Source of the DNA: a virus
Lineage: Duplodnaviria; Heunggongvirae; Uroviricota; Caudoviricetes
Length of the DNA stretch: 64,000 bases
IMG/VR virus record: IMGVR_UViG_3300025015_000009
Span: 254,014-318,013 of that record
Reading direction: 5' to 3' (one strand)
This document shows positions 44,736-55,047 of this stretch, piece by piece (within the stretch, counting starts at the first letter, position 1; each line of letters begins with the position of its first letter). Below the pieces are notes generated by a model. That model worked only from the letters and a program-made list of their open reading frames with translations. It did no database searches and had not been told where the DNA came from. The position numbers and the translations under genes were made by a program.

Positions 44736-47045
44736 TTATGTCAGCAGAGGCAACTCGGTTACTATTAATCCGTCGGCAGCAACAGTTGAGAATGCAACAG
44801 GAGTAGGCGGAGTCACTGTGAATGTAATGCCAGTTACGTAGTCAACCTCAACAACGCTGTTTGCTGGAATAGACTCGAACAGAATCTTCTTACTCAACGG
44901 TACTTTAATAAGATCGTTAATTTTACGCGCCATTGGCCTAGCACCCATCTTCGGGTCGAACCCAATATTAGCAAGATGATCAACTGCTGCTTCTGTTAGG
45001 CGAAGTTTAATGTGTTTTAGTGTAAGCAAGTCGTTTAAGTCATTGATAAACTTAACTACAATTTTCTTAATACTCAATTCGTCTAGCTTGTTAAACTTGA
45101 CAACAGCATCGAGTCTGTTCCGGAACTCAGGCTTAAAGAAATCTTTGATTGCTTTATCGTCTTCACCAGTTCGCTGAAGTGGTTTACCGAAGCCAATTGT
45201 GTTCTGTTCACCAGCCGCAGATCCAAGGTTTGATGTCATTATAATGAGTGCGTTCCGGCAATCTGCTTTCTTGCCGTTACCGCCTGTAACAAATCCGTCA
45301 TCCATAATGGCTAACAGCACGTTCGCTACATCAGGATGTGCTTTTTCAACTTCGTCGAACAAGATAACAGCATGTGGGTTCTTCTCGATCTCATTTATCA
45401 ATAGACCACCACTGATGTTGCTGTCCTCAAACCCAACATATCCAGGAGGTGCACCAATTAGTTTTGCGATGGTGTGTTTCTCTTGATACTCTGACATATC
45501 AAATTTCAGTAACTTCATTCCCAATTTGTCAGACAACAACTTACATAGCGACGTCTTACCTGTTCCGGTTGGACCAGAGAACAAGAAACTCCCAATTGGT
45601 TTCGTTGGATCTTTAAGATTTGCTCTTGCAATATAGATACGTTCCAACACCTGATCCACGGCGTGGTCTTGTCCGTACAACTTGCCTTTAATTGTGTTCT
45701 CAATGTCAACGAGTGACGAGTCAATATGGTCGTCGTTATGTCCGATTTGCTCAACTGGAATCCGAACAGCTTTACTGATGATATCGATAATATTGCTCTT
45801 AGTAACAGTAAACTCTTGATCTGTTATTTTTAGTTTTGCACACGCAGTATCGACTAGATCGATTGCTTTATCTGGCAGCTTCTTGTCTGCTTGATAACGG
45901 ACACTCAGCTCGACTGCTGCATCAATTGCATCGTCTGTTATTACTCCGCCGTGGAATTTTTCGTAATGTTTACGCAAACCAAACAGAATGTCTTTTGCTA
46001 CTGCTGGGGTTGGTTCATCGATTGACAAGCGGTAGAATCGTCTCATCAATGCTCGATCTTTTTCGAATGACTGGGTGTACTCTTCCCAGGTTGTGCTTGC
46101 AATAACCTTGATATTCCCTTTGGTTAGTGCTGGTTTAATCATATTAGCAAAATCAACCGAACTACTGCTACCTGAACCAGCCCCTTTCATTTGGTGAGCT
46201 TCATCGATAAACAAGATGCACTTACCTTTTTGTTCTAATGCACCAAGAACAACTTTAAGTTTTTCTTCAAACTCACCTCGATACTTGCTACCTGCTAACA
46301 ACGAGCCAATGTCTAGATTATAAACAACGTAGTCATATAGATATTTTGGTACTTCTTTGTTCAGAATATTTAGTGCAAGACCTTCAGCGATTGCCGTTTT
46401 TCCGACCCCTGGCGCGCCGACAAGCAAAATATTGCTTTTGTTGCGCTTGGCCAGAATATGTGAGATTTCTTCTAACTCTAAATCTCTTCCGATAATCGGA
46501 TCTATCTTCCCGTCTTTAGCAAGTTGGTTTAGATTAGTACAGAACTCCTCAAGTATTGCGTCCGCTTTTGATGCGTTCATATTTTTCCTTACAAGGTTTA
46601 GATCCCCTGAATCGTAACTAGCGTTAAAGAATTCGATTAACGCATCGCGGTCGATGCCATACTTGAGAAAGAAGTACGCAGCGTAACTAGTGTGTTCGCT
46701 TGCGATACTAACAAACAGATCAATAACCAGCATTATGTCTCTGCCACTGAACAACAATTGCGTTAACGCCCGGTTAAACACTCGTTCAACTCCTGTTGTT
46801 CGTTTTGGGTCAGTAGCTTGATCTTGCTGGTTGCTTACTGATTGCTGTGAAAGGATGTACGTAGACAGTTCCTTAGACAGGCTTCTAACATCGACTCCGT
46901 GGTCAAGTAGTAACTTCTTAAACGGAGCAAATTTTAGCATAGCAAGAGAAATGTGTTCGATTGTTACGTACCGATGCTTATTTTTCTTAGCAAAGGTAGT
47001 TGCATCGTTGATAATAGCATCAATCTCTGGGTTTGGTTTTAACAT
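44736..47045 (-). CDS. clpA: ClpA-like AAA+ ATPase
   Basis: Clp N-domain; GAPGVGKT, LFIDEAH, GPTGTGKT, DMSEY.EKH, PPGYVG, PEFRNRLD, GARP. Confidence 0.93.
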   Translation of the reverse strand: MLKPNPEIDAIINDATTFAKKNKHRYVTIEHISLAMLKFAPFKKLLLDHGVDVRSLSKELSTYILSQQSVSNQQDQATDPKRTTGVERVFNRALTQLLFSGRDIMLVIDLFVSIASEHTSYAAYFFLKYGIDRDALIEFFNASYDSGDLNLVRKNMNASKADAILEEFCTNLNQLAKDGKIDPIIGRDLELEEISHILAKRNKSNILLVGAPGVGKTAIAEGLALNILNKEVPKYLYDYVVYNLDIGSLLAGSKYRGEFEEKLKVVLGALEQKGKCILFIDEAHQMKGAGSGSSSSVDFANMIKPALTKGNIKVIASTTWEEYTQSFEKDRALMRRFYRLSIDEPTPAVAKDILFGLRKHYEKFHGGVITDDAIDAAVELSVRYQADKKLPDKAIDLVDTACAKLKITDQEFTVTKSNIIDIISKAVRIPVEQIGHNDDHIDSSLVDIENTIKGKLYGQDHAVDQVLERIYIARANLKDPTKPIGSFLFSGPTGTGKTSLCKLLSDKLGMKLLKFDMSEYQEKHTIAKLIGAPPGYVGFEDSNISGGLLINEIEKNPHAVILFDEVEKAHPDVANVLLAIMDDGFVTGGNGKKADCRNALIIMTSNLGSAAGEQNTIGFGKPLQRTGEDDKAIKDFFKPEFRNRLDAVVKFNKLDELSIKKIVVKFINDLNDLLTLKHIKLRLTEAAVDHLANIGFDPKMGARPMARKINDLIKVPLSKKILFESIPANSVVEVDYVTGITFTVTPPTPVAFSTVAADGLIVTELPLLT

Positions 47046-47062
47046 TACACTCTTCCTTTATG

Positions 47063-47896
47063 TTATACTACGGTTTCTTTGAGTTGCTTGATTATGTTAA
47101 GTGAGTTGACGTCAGTTATACTAGGAATAGTAACAGTAATGGTTACATATATACTTCCTCGGTGACTATGGTGTAATGAGTACAGACCTTCTTGCTGAAT
47201 TCTGATTCTAGCAGACGGTTGGACGCCAGCGGGAATAGTAACTGACAATACTCTGTTGTCAAGAGTTGTTACCTCAGTTGTAGTGCCCAGTATTGCGTCG
47301 AAACAATTAATCTTAATTTGTTGATGTAGGTCGACTCCGTCGACTTGAAATACAGGATGCGGCTTTATTCGGTAAACTACGTGTAACTCGCCTGGGGGAA
47401 CATCTTTCAACGAGTTGTCACCTAACCCAGCATAACGAATGCTGACACCATCAGCAATACCTTTTGGGATAGTAACAGATCTAATTGCTTCCTTGCTGTT
47501 GATTTCTTTACCAGACAATGTTATAGTTCTGGTTTGTTCTTTCAATGTTTCTTCGAGGGTTAACCAAATTTCAATTCGAATATCTTTGTTTCGTTTTACT
47601 CGGTGTGGGCTGAAGTGTTCGTCTGCGAATTGACCGCCAAAGAAACTTCGGAACATAGAGTTAACTCCGTGCTCGAACCCAGACTGATCCCAACTGTTCG
47701 TTCGGACATGTGGATTATCGTGTTGTGCTTTTTTGTCGGGATCAGACAAGACACTGTATGCTTCGTTTATTTCTTGAAACTTCTTAGTGTCACCTCCCTT
47801 GTCTGGATGATGTACTGAGGACAATTTCCTGTAGGCTTTTTTGATTTCCTCGGGGGTAGCAGCCTTAGAAACCCCAAGTGTAGTATAGTAGTCCAT
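47063..47896 (-). CDS. DnaJ/CbpA-like co-chaperone without zinc finger
   Basis: J-domain with HPDK; DnaJ C-terminal domain; no CxxCxGxG repeats. Confidence 0.9.
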   Translation of the reverse strand: MDYYTTLGVSKAATPEEIKKAYRKLSSVHHPDKGGDTKKFQEINEAYSVLSDPDKKAQHDNPHVRTNSWDQSGFEHGVNSMFRSFFGGQFADEHFSPHRVKRNKDIRIEIWLTLEETLKEQTRTITLSGKEINSKEAIRSVTIPKGIADGVSIRYAGLGDNSLKDVPPGELHVVYRIKPHPVFQVDGVDLHQQIKINCFDAILGTTTEVTTLDNRVLSVTIPAGVQPSARIRIQQEGLYSLHHSHRGSIYVTITVTIPSITDVNSLNIIKQLKETVV

Positions 47897-47901
47897 TGTT
47901 A

Positions 47902-47930
47902 ATTATACCATAAGTTAGTCAGTTTGTCAA
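47902..47930 (-). promoter_or_regulatory. sigma70-like promoter
   Basis: TTGACA-N17-TATAAT. Confidence 0.65.
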
Positions 47931-47950
47931 CCTACTCTAACTCGAATTGG

Positions 47951-48145
47951 TTAGAGCAGTTCGTCGGATATGGTTTCTGGTTTAGCGGTAGGAAGCGGGA
48001 GTGTTTTTAACTTAACGGGGTCAGCCATTAACTCTGCAGGTGGTTCGGGGAAATCAGTTTGTATCAGTACGTATCTGGTTTTACATGCGGATAGAGTAAC
48101 GGTTAGTATTAGAATCAAACATATATTGTATATATTACTTTGCAT
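47951..48145 (-). CDS. o-spanin (lipoprotein)
   Basis: Lipobox LSAC, Pro-rich FPEPPAELM; overlaps the i-spanin. Confidence 0.8.
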   Translation of the reverse strand: MQSNIYNICLILILTVTLSACKTRYVLIQTDFPEPPAELMADPVKLKTLPLPTAKPETISDELL

Positions 48146-48662
48146 TGTATACCTTCTTTTGTTTGGTTATCCATTCTTGAAGAGCCAGTAACTTAGCAGC
48201 GTTCTGCTCACAGGTATTGTAGTTTCCTGCTACGGTTGCCCCTACCTGCGACAGTGTAACTCCGCTTGGCTTGTTGTTAGTGTTATCTACCGGAAGCCTT
48301 GTTGTAACAGTGGCATCGTGTAGTTCTACGAAGCTATTAGGTATAGTACAATCTTTGTCAACAGGAGTCAACCAACGGTCGACGTACACGGTAACTGTTT
48401 CACCTTTTTCTTTGATGACTTTGATACGATCGGTGTATTTGGTTACAACCTGAGTGGTAACTTCCTTACCTTTAATCTCTTTATCGGCCTTTTCTTTCTT
48501 ACCAACCTCAATCGAAGCATCCCACTCGGCTTTTACTTCTTTGCGACCCATGTCGTACAGTCGGTAACCACTGTATCCGATGCCACTTAAGATAGCAATA
48601 ACAAACACACCGGCTATTACCTCTTTAAACGGGAGAACCATACCTAATAGTTTTGTCCACAT
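48135..48662 (-). CDS. i-spanin
   Basis: N-terminal transmembrane segment, coiled coil, NY.TC...L.ALQEW; follows the endolysin. Confidence 0.8.
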   Translation of the reverse strand: MWTKLLGMVLPFKEVIAGVFVIAILSGIGYSGYRLYDMGRKEVKAEWDASIEVGKKEKADKEIKGKEVTTQVVTKYTDRIKVIKEKGETVTVYVDRWLTPVDKDCTIPNSFVELHDATVTTRLPVDNTNNKPSGVTLSQVGATVAGNYNTCEQNAAKLLALQEWITKQKKVYNAK

Positions 48663-48663
48663 A

Positions 48664-49278
48664 TTATTCCTTTAAGATTGCCAGAATGTGTTCATAATTC
48701 TTGATCCGCTCTTCTAACCCGTTATATCCGCCATTGATTTTCTTTGTTATTGCTTTTGTATCACCGAGATTAGCCAATTCGTTTAGCGCCCTGCTATTCC
48801 AATACCAACATGCAGACTTTACTGCGCCTTCTTTTGATAACAAGAAATCTGGATCAGTTATCAACCTGTCATCGTTGTATAGGTATTTGCTGCAGGCAGT
48901 GTAATTCTCTTTGCCAGTGACCTGAATAAGTCCCCGTCCTCGATATTTGAACCCGTCGCCAGGGAGCGTATTGCCCATTCTGTTGCCGTAGACTTTGTTT
49001 GCTATGTCTTCTGCTTTACGATGAAACGGTTGCGCACTTAGTAGAGTAGGGAAATATTTCTTGAATATCTTACTAAGTGCATCTGCAGAGTAATTTAGGT
49101 TTTCTTTAAGAACAGTAAAATTCGCAGATTCGTGGGCGCACTGAGCAAGGAATGCAGCAACTTGCAAATCTGTTGTTATATTATACGCAGGCAACTCTTT
49201 ACTTAATACTGCGAACCACTCTGGTATATCGGTAGTGCCTGGAAAACACTTAGTTAGTTTCTCGACCGTAAGAGTCAT
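48664..49278 (-). CDS. endolysin, glycoside hydrolase family 19
   Basis: AFLAQCAHES, ENLNYS, YRGRGLIQVTG..NY, INGGYNGL.ER. Confidence 0.92.
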   Translation of the reverse strand: MTLTVEKLTKCFPGTTDIPEWFAVLSKELPAYNITTDLQVAAFLAQCAHESANFTVLKENLNYSADALSKIFKKYFPTLLSAQPFHRKAEDIANKVYGNRMGNTLPGDGFKYRGRGLIQVTGKENYTACSKYLYNDDRLITDPDFLLSKEGAVKSACWYWNSRALNELANLGDTKAITKKINGGYNGLEERIKNYEHILAILKE

Positions 49279-49829
49279 TATGCTACTCCTGCTGCTACTT
49301 GTAGGTCTTTAACATCTTTGTCCTTTACTGGTTTTGACTTTACTTTAATACCAGAGGCAGCCTTTAACGATTGCAGTTCGTCTTCGTCACTCTTAACAGT
49401 TTTTGCGTATTCGTCTGACGTTATGAGGACGTGTTTCCTTAGGTTTGCATCTGTTAACTCATGTACCATTGAGTTTCTGTAGTATTTGAACTTCCACTCT
49501 TTTTCTTTCTGTTTCGTGAGATTAAGAATATCACGAATCATCTCAAGTATTTGTCCAGGGAGTGCTGGTTTCCGTTCTACTTCAACGAACACCTGGAAGT
49601 TTCCATCGTCGTCTTCACCGCTGCTACAGTCGGCGTCAAGAACGAAAGCGTATCCCTTCTCGATAAAGTTTACCAGATCTTCAGCTGGGGCCTTACTTCT
49701 AACCGTAAATGTAATAACACATATGTCTTCGTCGTTACCCATCTTAGATTGATATGTGTCGATCTCAAGTACAGGAGTTATAACTCGATATAAATCTCCG
49801 ACTTCTAATCCTTCAAATAGTTTCATCAT
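49278..49829 (-). CDS. hypothetical protein
   Basis: 183 aa; ID.Y.SKMG.D..I, FIEKGY.FVLDAD.S. Confidence 0.7.
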   Translation of the reverse strand: MMKLFEGLEVGDLYRVITPVLEIDTYQSKMGNDEDICVITFTVRSKAPAEDLVNFIEKGYAFVLDADCSSGEDDDGNFQVFVEVERKPALPGQILEMIRDILNLTKQKEKEWKFKYYRNSMVHELTDANLRKHVLITSDEYAKTVKSDEDELQSLKAASGIKVKSKPVKDKDVKDLQVAAGVA

Positions 49830-50389
49830 TTGCTCAGCTCCTCGGCTTCTGGGTCTGCTGCCTGTTCGTTATCCTGCTCGGCGCCCTGTTCAGATTGGAG
49901 GTCTTCTTCGTCAACGCCGTCTTGATATGCATTTTCGATTTCTTCGATGTCGAACGACTCGTTTTCTAGTTCTAAGCTACCTTGTTGGATCTCTTCTATT
50001 AGATCTCTGGGCATCGCAATAGTCACTAACCATACGGTCGCCTTTGCAGTTTTGGCTATCTTCGTGTTTTCTTTAAAGTCTTCTTGAGATGTTATCTTAA
50101 CTGGGTAAGTCACGTGGCTTTTTTTGTATGTTACTTCGCAGTCGTATCCCAATAGCCGTTCACCACCCCTGGGGTCGGGCATCATTTTGTACGGCCACAT
50201 GAACGTGCAGGTAACAAAGTGTTTTTCGTTCACCGGTCCATCTACAAGCTCTCCTTGTTTCCAGTTAGCAAACGCATAGATATCTAATTCAGATATAACT
50301 CGTTCGAAGTTTAATACTGTTGCAAGGGACGCATCTGACATAAAAATGTCTTTTACGTTGTTTATAACGTCTTTAATAGTAGTTGGCAT
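49826..50389 (-). CDS. hypothetical protein with acidic tail
   Basis: FERV...D.Y.F.NW..GELV.GP, MPDP.GG.RL; TAAATA upstream. Confidence 0.7.
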   Translation of the reverse strand: MPTTIKDVINNVKDIFMSDASLATVLNFERVISELDIYAFANWKQGELVDGPVNEKHFVTCTFMWPYKMMPDPRGGERLLGYDCEVTYKKSHVTYPVKITSQEDFKENTKIAKTAKATVWLVTIAMPRDLIEEIQQGSLELENESFDIEEIENAYQDGVDEEDLQSEQGAEQDNEQAADPEAEELSK

Positions 50390-50416
50390 GTTGCTCCTGC
50401 TGATATTAAGTATTTA

Positions 50417-50935
50417 TCAACCTTCTACAATCGAAGTGGTTACCTCAGGGTCAGTCGGTTCTAACAGGAGTGGAATTTTAAGGTAGTTCTGTAAGAACCG
50501 TAGGTAGTCGTCTTTATATGCAGTAGCAAGAACTTCACTTACGTAAATTGGTCCAAATGCTGCCAAGTTGTTAATCTCAGCAATAAACTCATCGGTTGAC
50601 TTACGACCGAATTGTTTCTTTTGTTTTTTTGTCAACGACGACTGATGCTGCCCTACGATAGCAACAACTACTCGGAAGTCGAGTTTCTGGAGTTCGTTTA
50701 TGAACTTAAAGTACTTCGGTATATCATCACTGGGTGTGGGGCAGGTGACTGCGGTTACGTAGTACCTTGATTGTGTCCAGTCGAACTGTGGAATTGTGTT
50801 CGGTGAGCCCCACATTTCTTCAATTTGAGGTGACTGTTTAGATAAGTCACATACGTCGGCGTGTTGTGTTAGTAGTTTATTGAAAAATTTTATGTCTGCA
50901 CCATATGGGCCGGTCAGTATAACGATTGTATTCAT
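50417..50935 (-). CDS. degenerate P-loop / sulfotransferase-like protein
   Basis: ILTGPYGAD resembles a P-loop without the GKT lysine. Confidence 0.45.
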   Translation of the reverse strand: MNTIVILTGPYGADIKFFNKLLTQHADVCDLSKQSPQIEEMWGSPNTIPQFDWTQSRYYVTAVTCPTPSDDIPKYFKFINELQKLDFRVVVAIVGQHQSSLTKKQKKQFGRKSTDEFIAEINNLAAFGPIYVSEVLATAYKDDYLRFLQNYLKIPLLLEPTDPEVTTSIVEG

Positions 50936-51074
50936 GTGTATTCCTTATTGATACAATATTTACTATTTTGTTCACCCAGTCTTTTATTTACTCTATTTTT
51001 GACAAAACATAAATGGCAGTATCATTGTTGAAACGTAGTGGTAAATATTTTTGTTACCTAAAGGAGAACATAAA

Positions 51075-51812
51075 TTGGCTAGAGGAAACCGTCGGACCCG
51101 AGTAGCAAGAGAAGAAGACAACGTTTTTAACTTTAACAAATTCGTAGTACAGCAAAAAGAAAAGCACCAGGTAACATTGCGCCCCAAGGGTGAGAAACAA
51201 AGAGAGTACGTAGACTTATTAACAGATTGGGAGAAGTTGCTTATATTTGCAACCGGTCCTGCAGGAACAGGAAAAACAATGCTTGCAGTTCAAGCAGGAT
51301 TAAAAGCACTAAAGAACAAAGAAATTCAGAAACTCATCATAGCACGACCAGCAGTGGGCGTCGACGGAGAACAACACGGTTTCCTTCCAGGCTCGTTGCT
51401 CGAGAAGTTACTTCCGTGGACAACTCCTATCATGGATATCATTAAAGAATATTATTCCCCGAAGGAAGTGCTGGCGTTGTTAGCAGACGAAACAATTGAA
51501 CTTGCGTCAATGTCTTTGCTACGAGGCCGAACATTTAAGAATTCGTGGATTATATTCGATGAGGCACAGAATGCGTCAGTTAATTCGATGAAAACAGTAT
51601 TAACTAGATTGGGAACTGATTCTAAGATGATTGTTACTGGAGATTTAAATCAAATTGACCGACAGTTTAACACCGATAACGGATTGCTCGATTTTATCAA
51701 TCGATTAGCAGTAACAGATAGTAATTCTATAAGCATGGTAAAATTCTCTGGGGAAGACATCCAACGCCACCCCATTGTAACCGAAGTGTTAACCATGTAC
51801 GGTGAAATTTAG
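51075..51812 (+). CDS. phoH: PhoH-like ATPase
   Basis: GPAGTGKT, RPAV, GFLPG, RGRTF, DEAQN, TRLG, GD..Q.D, RHP; probable TTG start after AAGGAG. Confidence 0.93.
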   Translation: MARGNRRTRVAREEDNVFNFNKFVVQQKEKHQVTLRPKGEKQREYVDLLTDWEKLLIFATGPAGTGKTMLAVQAGLKALKNKEIQKLIIARPAVGVDGEQHGFLPGSLLEKLLPWTTPIMDIIKEYYSPKEVLALLADETIELASMSLLRGRTFKNSWIIFDEAQNASVNSMKTVLTRLGTDSKMIVTGDLNQIDRQFNTDNGLLDFINRLAVTDSNSISMVKFSGEDIQRHPIVTEVLTMYGEI

Positions 51813-51938
51813 TGTGAGATGAATAATGCAAGGGATTAGACAACGAGTAATCTCTCCTCACAGCTATAATATTCACAACACCAGAATACTATATAACTAC
51901 AAGGAGTGAGTATCGATAACAAAAACACTATTACATCG

Positions 51939-51967
51939 AATGTCAGCAGTGCTGAGCTGCTGACATT
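51939..51967. terminator. 11-bp hairpin between convergent genes
   Basis: AATGTCAGCAG-TGCTGAG-CTGCTGACATT. Confidence 0.5.
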
Positions 51968-52013
51968 GATTTATCGCCCTTGTTTACCGCAACCTTAACC
52001 CAGATTTATTCGT

Positions 52014-52238
52014 TTACCGTTTCTTACTTGCAGCAACAGATAACTGTAATACCGTTTGCTCTAATCGCATCAACTTGCTGCGTAGTCTGTATATTTCATC
52101 AGATTGGCGAACAGTTATATGCTGTAACTCTGCAACTACTTCTCTGAACCCTTTGAACTCTTTTTCGTGACCAAGCAACGTGGGACGCGGCGGCCCAGTG
52201 TACGGCTTCTTCGGTTTCTTTTTATACTGGTTGAACAT
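52014..52238 (-). CDS. small coiled-coil protein
   Basis: PPRPTLLGHEKE then a heptad-rich C-terminus. Confidence 0.6.
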   Translation of the reverse strand: MFNQYKKKPKKPYTGPPRPTLLGHEKEFKGFREVVAELQHITVRQSDEIYRLRSKLMRLEQTVLQLSVAASKKR

Positions 52239-52605
52239 CAGCCTTGCTTTCGACTAGCATCGGTGCATCGGTAACAACAGCTGGCAGCAAATCTTTCACT
52301 TCGCCTATGTACTCTCCTAATAACCGAGTAAAATCCTTGCTGTAGTTGTCAACGAAGTACTTCAGTGTCTCGTCATACGTTTTTCCTGATTGAGAGCTAT
52401 TCTTAACTACTTTTTTCTCAGTCAGATCAAGGATTACTCCGTATGTCGAGAGTTCTCGATCTTTAATCTTAGTGACAATATTAAAAAGTTCATCATATTG
52501 AAAGTTGGCAGGGTCACTCATATACTTGCTATCGTGCGTCTTGTTTTTATTGCGTGGTCGCATCACATACTGTGCTACAACGAAGAACTTCTGTTTCTTT
52601 GACAT
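52222..52605 (-). CDS. hypothetical protein
   Basis: 127 aa ORF with AAGGA RBS. Confidence 0.65.
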   Translation of the reverse strand: MSKKQKFFVVAQYVMRPRNKNKTHDSKYMSDPANFQYDELFNIVTKIKDRELSTYGVILDLTEKKVVKNSSQSGKTYDETLKYFVDNYSKDFTRLLGEYIGEVKDLLPAVVTDAPMLVESKADVQPV

Positions 52606-52616
52606 GTGTTTTCCTT

Positions 52617-52832
52617 TTAGTTATTAACTACAGCTCCGCAACGTCCGTTAAGAGTGCGGATTAATGGTGGCGGAGGTGGTGGTACTCTCGGACACCTCGT
52701 CGAAGTATACGTAGGGTCAGTGATATATTGCCATCGCCATGCCATACATGCTGCTCCGAGACAGGTGTGCGTGTCATTATTGATATTAATCCAGCAATAT
52801 TTCTTCCATGCTTCTTCTTCAGGACAATACAT
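52617..52832 (-). CDS. small Cys-rich protein
   Basis: CLGAACMAWRW...GRCG. Confidence 0.6.
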   Translation of the reverse strand: MYCPEEEAWKKYCWININNDTHTCLGAACMAWRWQYITDPTYTSTRCPRVPPPPPPLIRTLNGRCGAVVNN

Positions 52833-53761
52833 TATGATTTTATCCTAGATAGTTCACACAACATCGCGCTCAGGTTTATCTCGGGGTCAGCACATATAGC
52901 ATGATTGACGAGTCCGTTGCGAATAAGCAGTATCGCATCGTCTTGACCGTCTGGTGTGCTACTCCATAAGTCAAGATTAGAGTACGCCCAACGGAAGATC
53001 TCATCCATCTCATCTGGTCTTGCTTGCGAGCATAGGAGTTCTCTTGCCTGGCGAATCTTTCCCTGCTTTATAAGCGTTACAGTTGCTAACTTGTAATCAC
53101 TGACTCCTTTGTCGTTGTCTCCTGGCGCAATCAATGCACCGTCAGATGCGTTCATTTGAAGCAGGTTTAAGCACTTGCGTAGATCTGGGTACGTTGCTTT
53201 AACATATGAGTCTAACACATCCAGATCGAACGTAACACCCTCGCTCACCAATACTGTTGCTGCGCGAGCAGTAAACTCGGTGTGATCGATTGTTTCGATA
53301 TGAAAGCCTTGACACCTACTGTGAATCGCAGGAATAACCTTCTGTGGATAATTGCACGTCATAATAAACCTCGCAGAGGCCGCATGAGACTCCATTAATC
53401 CACGTAGAGCCGCTTGTGCGTTTATTGAGAAGTAATCAAATTCGTCGAGCAATACAACTTTCATGCTACCAAATGGCATGGTACTAACGAAGTTAACTAG
53501 TTTGTTTCGAACATCGTCAATTCCGTTTTCCCGTGATGCATTAATCTCCAAGACATCATACGGGTGGATTTCCAGTGCCTTGATTAGAATCTTAGCAAGA
53601 GTAGATTTTCCGGTTCCTGGGGATCCTGAGAATAGCAAGTGGGGGATGCTTTTTTCTTTAATCCAGGTGTTAACTTGTCTTTTTTGAGTTTCGTCACAAA
53701 AGACGTACTCGTTAACGGTGTCTGGACGATATTTTTCTACCCAAAGAGTTTTTAGTGACAT
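52832..53761 (-). CDS. clamp loader subunit (RFC small subunit / gp44-like)
   Basis: WVEKYRP, GSPGTGKST, INAS, LDEFD, AQAALR, SRC. Confidence 0.93.
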   Translation of the reverse strand: MSLKTLWVEKYRPDTVNEYVFCDETQKRQVNTWIKEKSIPHLLFSGSPGTGKSTLAKILIKALEIHPYDVLEINASRENGIDDVRNKLVNFVSTMPFGSMKVVLLDEFDYFSINAQAALRGLMESHAASARFIMTCNYPQKVIPAIHSRCQGFHIETIDHTEFTARAATVLVSEGVTFDLDVLDSYVKATYPDLRKCLNLLQMNASDGALIAPGDNDKGVSDYKLATVTLIKQGKIRQARELLCSQARPDEMDEIFRWAYSNLDLWSSTPDGQDDAILLIRNGLVNHAICADPEINLSAMLCELSRIKS

Positions 53762-53789
53762 AGTGTGATGTGCGTAAGTTAAGTTACTA

Positions 53790-54146
53790 TTATATGCTAT
53801 CGGCTATAGTTTCGTCACTGGGTTTTTCGTCCGAAACAAGCAGAATGTCGTTGTTGTCAACCCGTCTTACAGTGTGGATTCCGTTTGCATCCTTGATAGT
53901 AACGCCTCTGGTCCATCTTCCATGTGAAACGCATATCCACTGCCCGGGAACCAGTTCCTTCTGATCGGGGCCAACCGCGTATATTTTGCCCCATCTCGGC
54001 CTGATTCCGTGCGATTTCCCGTCATCTTTTCGTAGAATAATACCCGAATCGGTCACTCTCTCGTCGAAGTTAATCTCTGATACAAGGATGTGGTCGTGTA
54101 ACGGTCGTAACGACTTAATTTCAACTGGATCAAACATTAATTTCAT
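53790..54146 (-). CDS. groES: co-chaperonin GroES-like
   Basis: LRPLHDHILV..T.SGIIL...G.I.AVGP..DILLV. Confidence 0.8.
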   Translation of the reverse strand: MKLMFDPVEIKSLRPLHDHILVSEINFDERVTDSGIILRKDDGKSHGIRPRWGKIYAVGPDQKELVPGQWICVSHGRWTRGVTIKDANGIHTVRRVDNNDILLVSDEKPSDETIADSI

Positions 54147-54511
54147 TATAGCTCACTCGCTTTCATTGCAGCAATCTCTTCGTCTGATATTGCTGGCTCG
54201 TCATCTGGAAACACCGGAGTAGGGTCAACATCTGGTACTGCCACGGCCTTCGGCCGTGTTGCGTTCGCTGCCGACTCTTGTGCTGCTGCCGACGTAATAG
54301 TTGGTTGCGTGGTTGCTTTTGCTGCTTGTGACAGACGATAATGTTCTTCCATTATTTCGTTTCTAGTTCTGATAATTTTTCCACCAGGTCCCAGTTCGTC
54401 ACCACGTGCATTTACTTTTTGATTGCCAACTGCTATTACTGTTTCGTTCACTGCAATAAGAGCCCCAATGTCAATTACTTGCCCTTGTGCTGTTCTATGT
54501 ATTGTACTCAT
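54146..54511 (-). CDS. hypothetical protein
   Basis: AVGN.KVNARGDELGPGGKI followed by a low-complexity tail. Confidence 0.7.
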   Translation of the reverse strand: MSTIHRTAQGQVIDIGALIAVNETVIAVGNQKVNARGDELGPGGKIIRTRNEIMEEHYRLSQAAKATTQPTITSAAAQESAANATRPKAVAVPDVDPTPVFPDDEPAISDEEIAAMKASEL

Positions 54512-54531
54512 TACTTTCTCCTATAGTTATG

Positions 54532-55047
54532 TTACTTAAAGAACTCTTCGATTGGAAGAGCAAACTTTAAACTGTCAACCTTGTGTATTCCGATCTTAAA
54601 TAACACAAAACTTGCTACGCTGCTGCCTCGACCGACACCCCACACTACGTTGTTCTTTCGAAAGGTGTCTACTAGATATTTTGTGTATCGTAGCAAGTCG
54701 AATGTGCCTTTTTCCTGGAACAACAATAATTCTTGCCCGCATCGTTTTATCTCATCTTCGTTATTACATTGATTTAAGACCCACTCTGCGATATCGAACT
54801 CCTTGTACTCATTCGGCATAAGCCAATTACGTTGGTTCTCTTTGTCGAACTCCTCAACCGATATACCTACCTGAGGTGTATATTTTGGCAGTAAATCAAA
54901 CTCTGAGTAAGTTTGTTTAACACTGCTGTTATACTCTTCTGGATCGCTGACTACCACGTTGGCTAGTTTTAGGTCTGGGTTCTGGTATAAGAGTTCGCAT
55001 ACTTCTGATGACAAGAAGTACGTAATTCCAAACGGATCAGTGTTCAT
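54532..55047 (-). CDS. stand-alone DNA polymerase III alpha (DnaE)-like fragment
   Basis: R...EL.L........Y.VD......V.WGVGRGSSVAS.VL..IGI..VD.L.F.L..E.F. Confidence 0.75.
   Translation of the reverse strand: MNTDPFGITYFLSSEVCELLYQNPDLKLANVVVSDPEEYNSSVKQTYSEFDLLPKYTPQVGISVEEFDKENQRNWLMPNEYKEFDIAEWVLNQCNNEDEIKRCGQELLLFQEKGTFDLLRYTKYLVDTFRKNNVVWGVGRGSSVASFVLFKIGIHKVDSLKFALPIEEFFK

Noticed and set aside
51813-52013. tRNA or ncRNA in the gap after phoH
   Set aside because: No cloverleaf or T-loop GTTC motif; a single hairpin between convergent genes is explained as a terminator.
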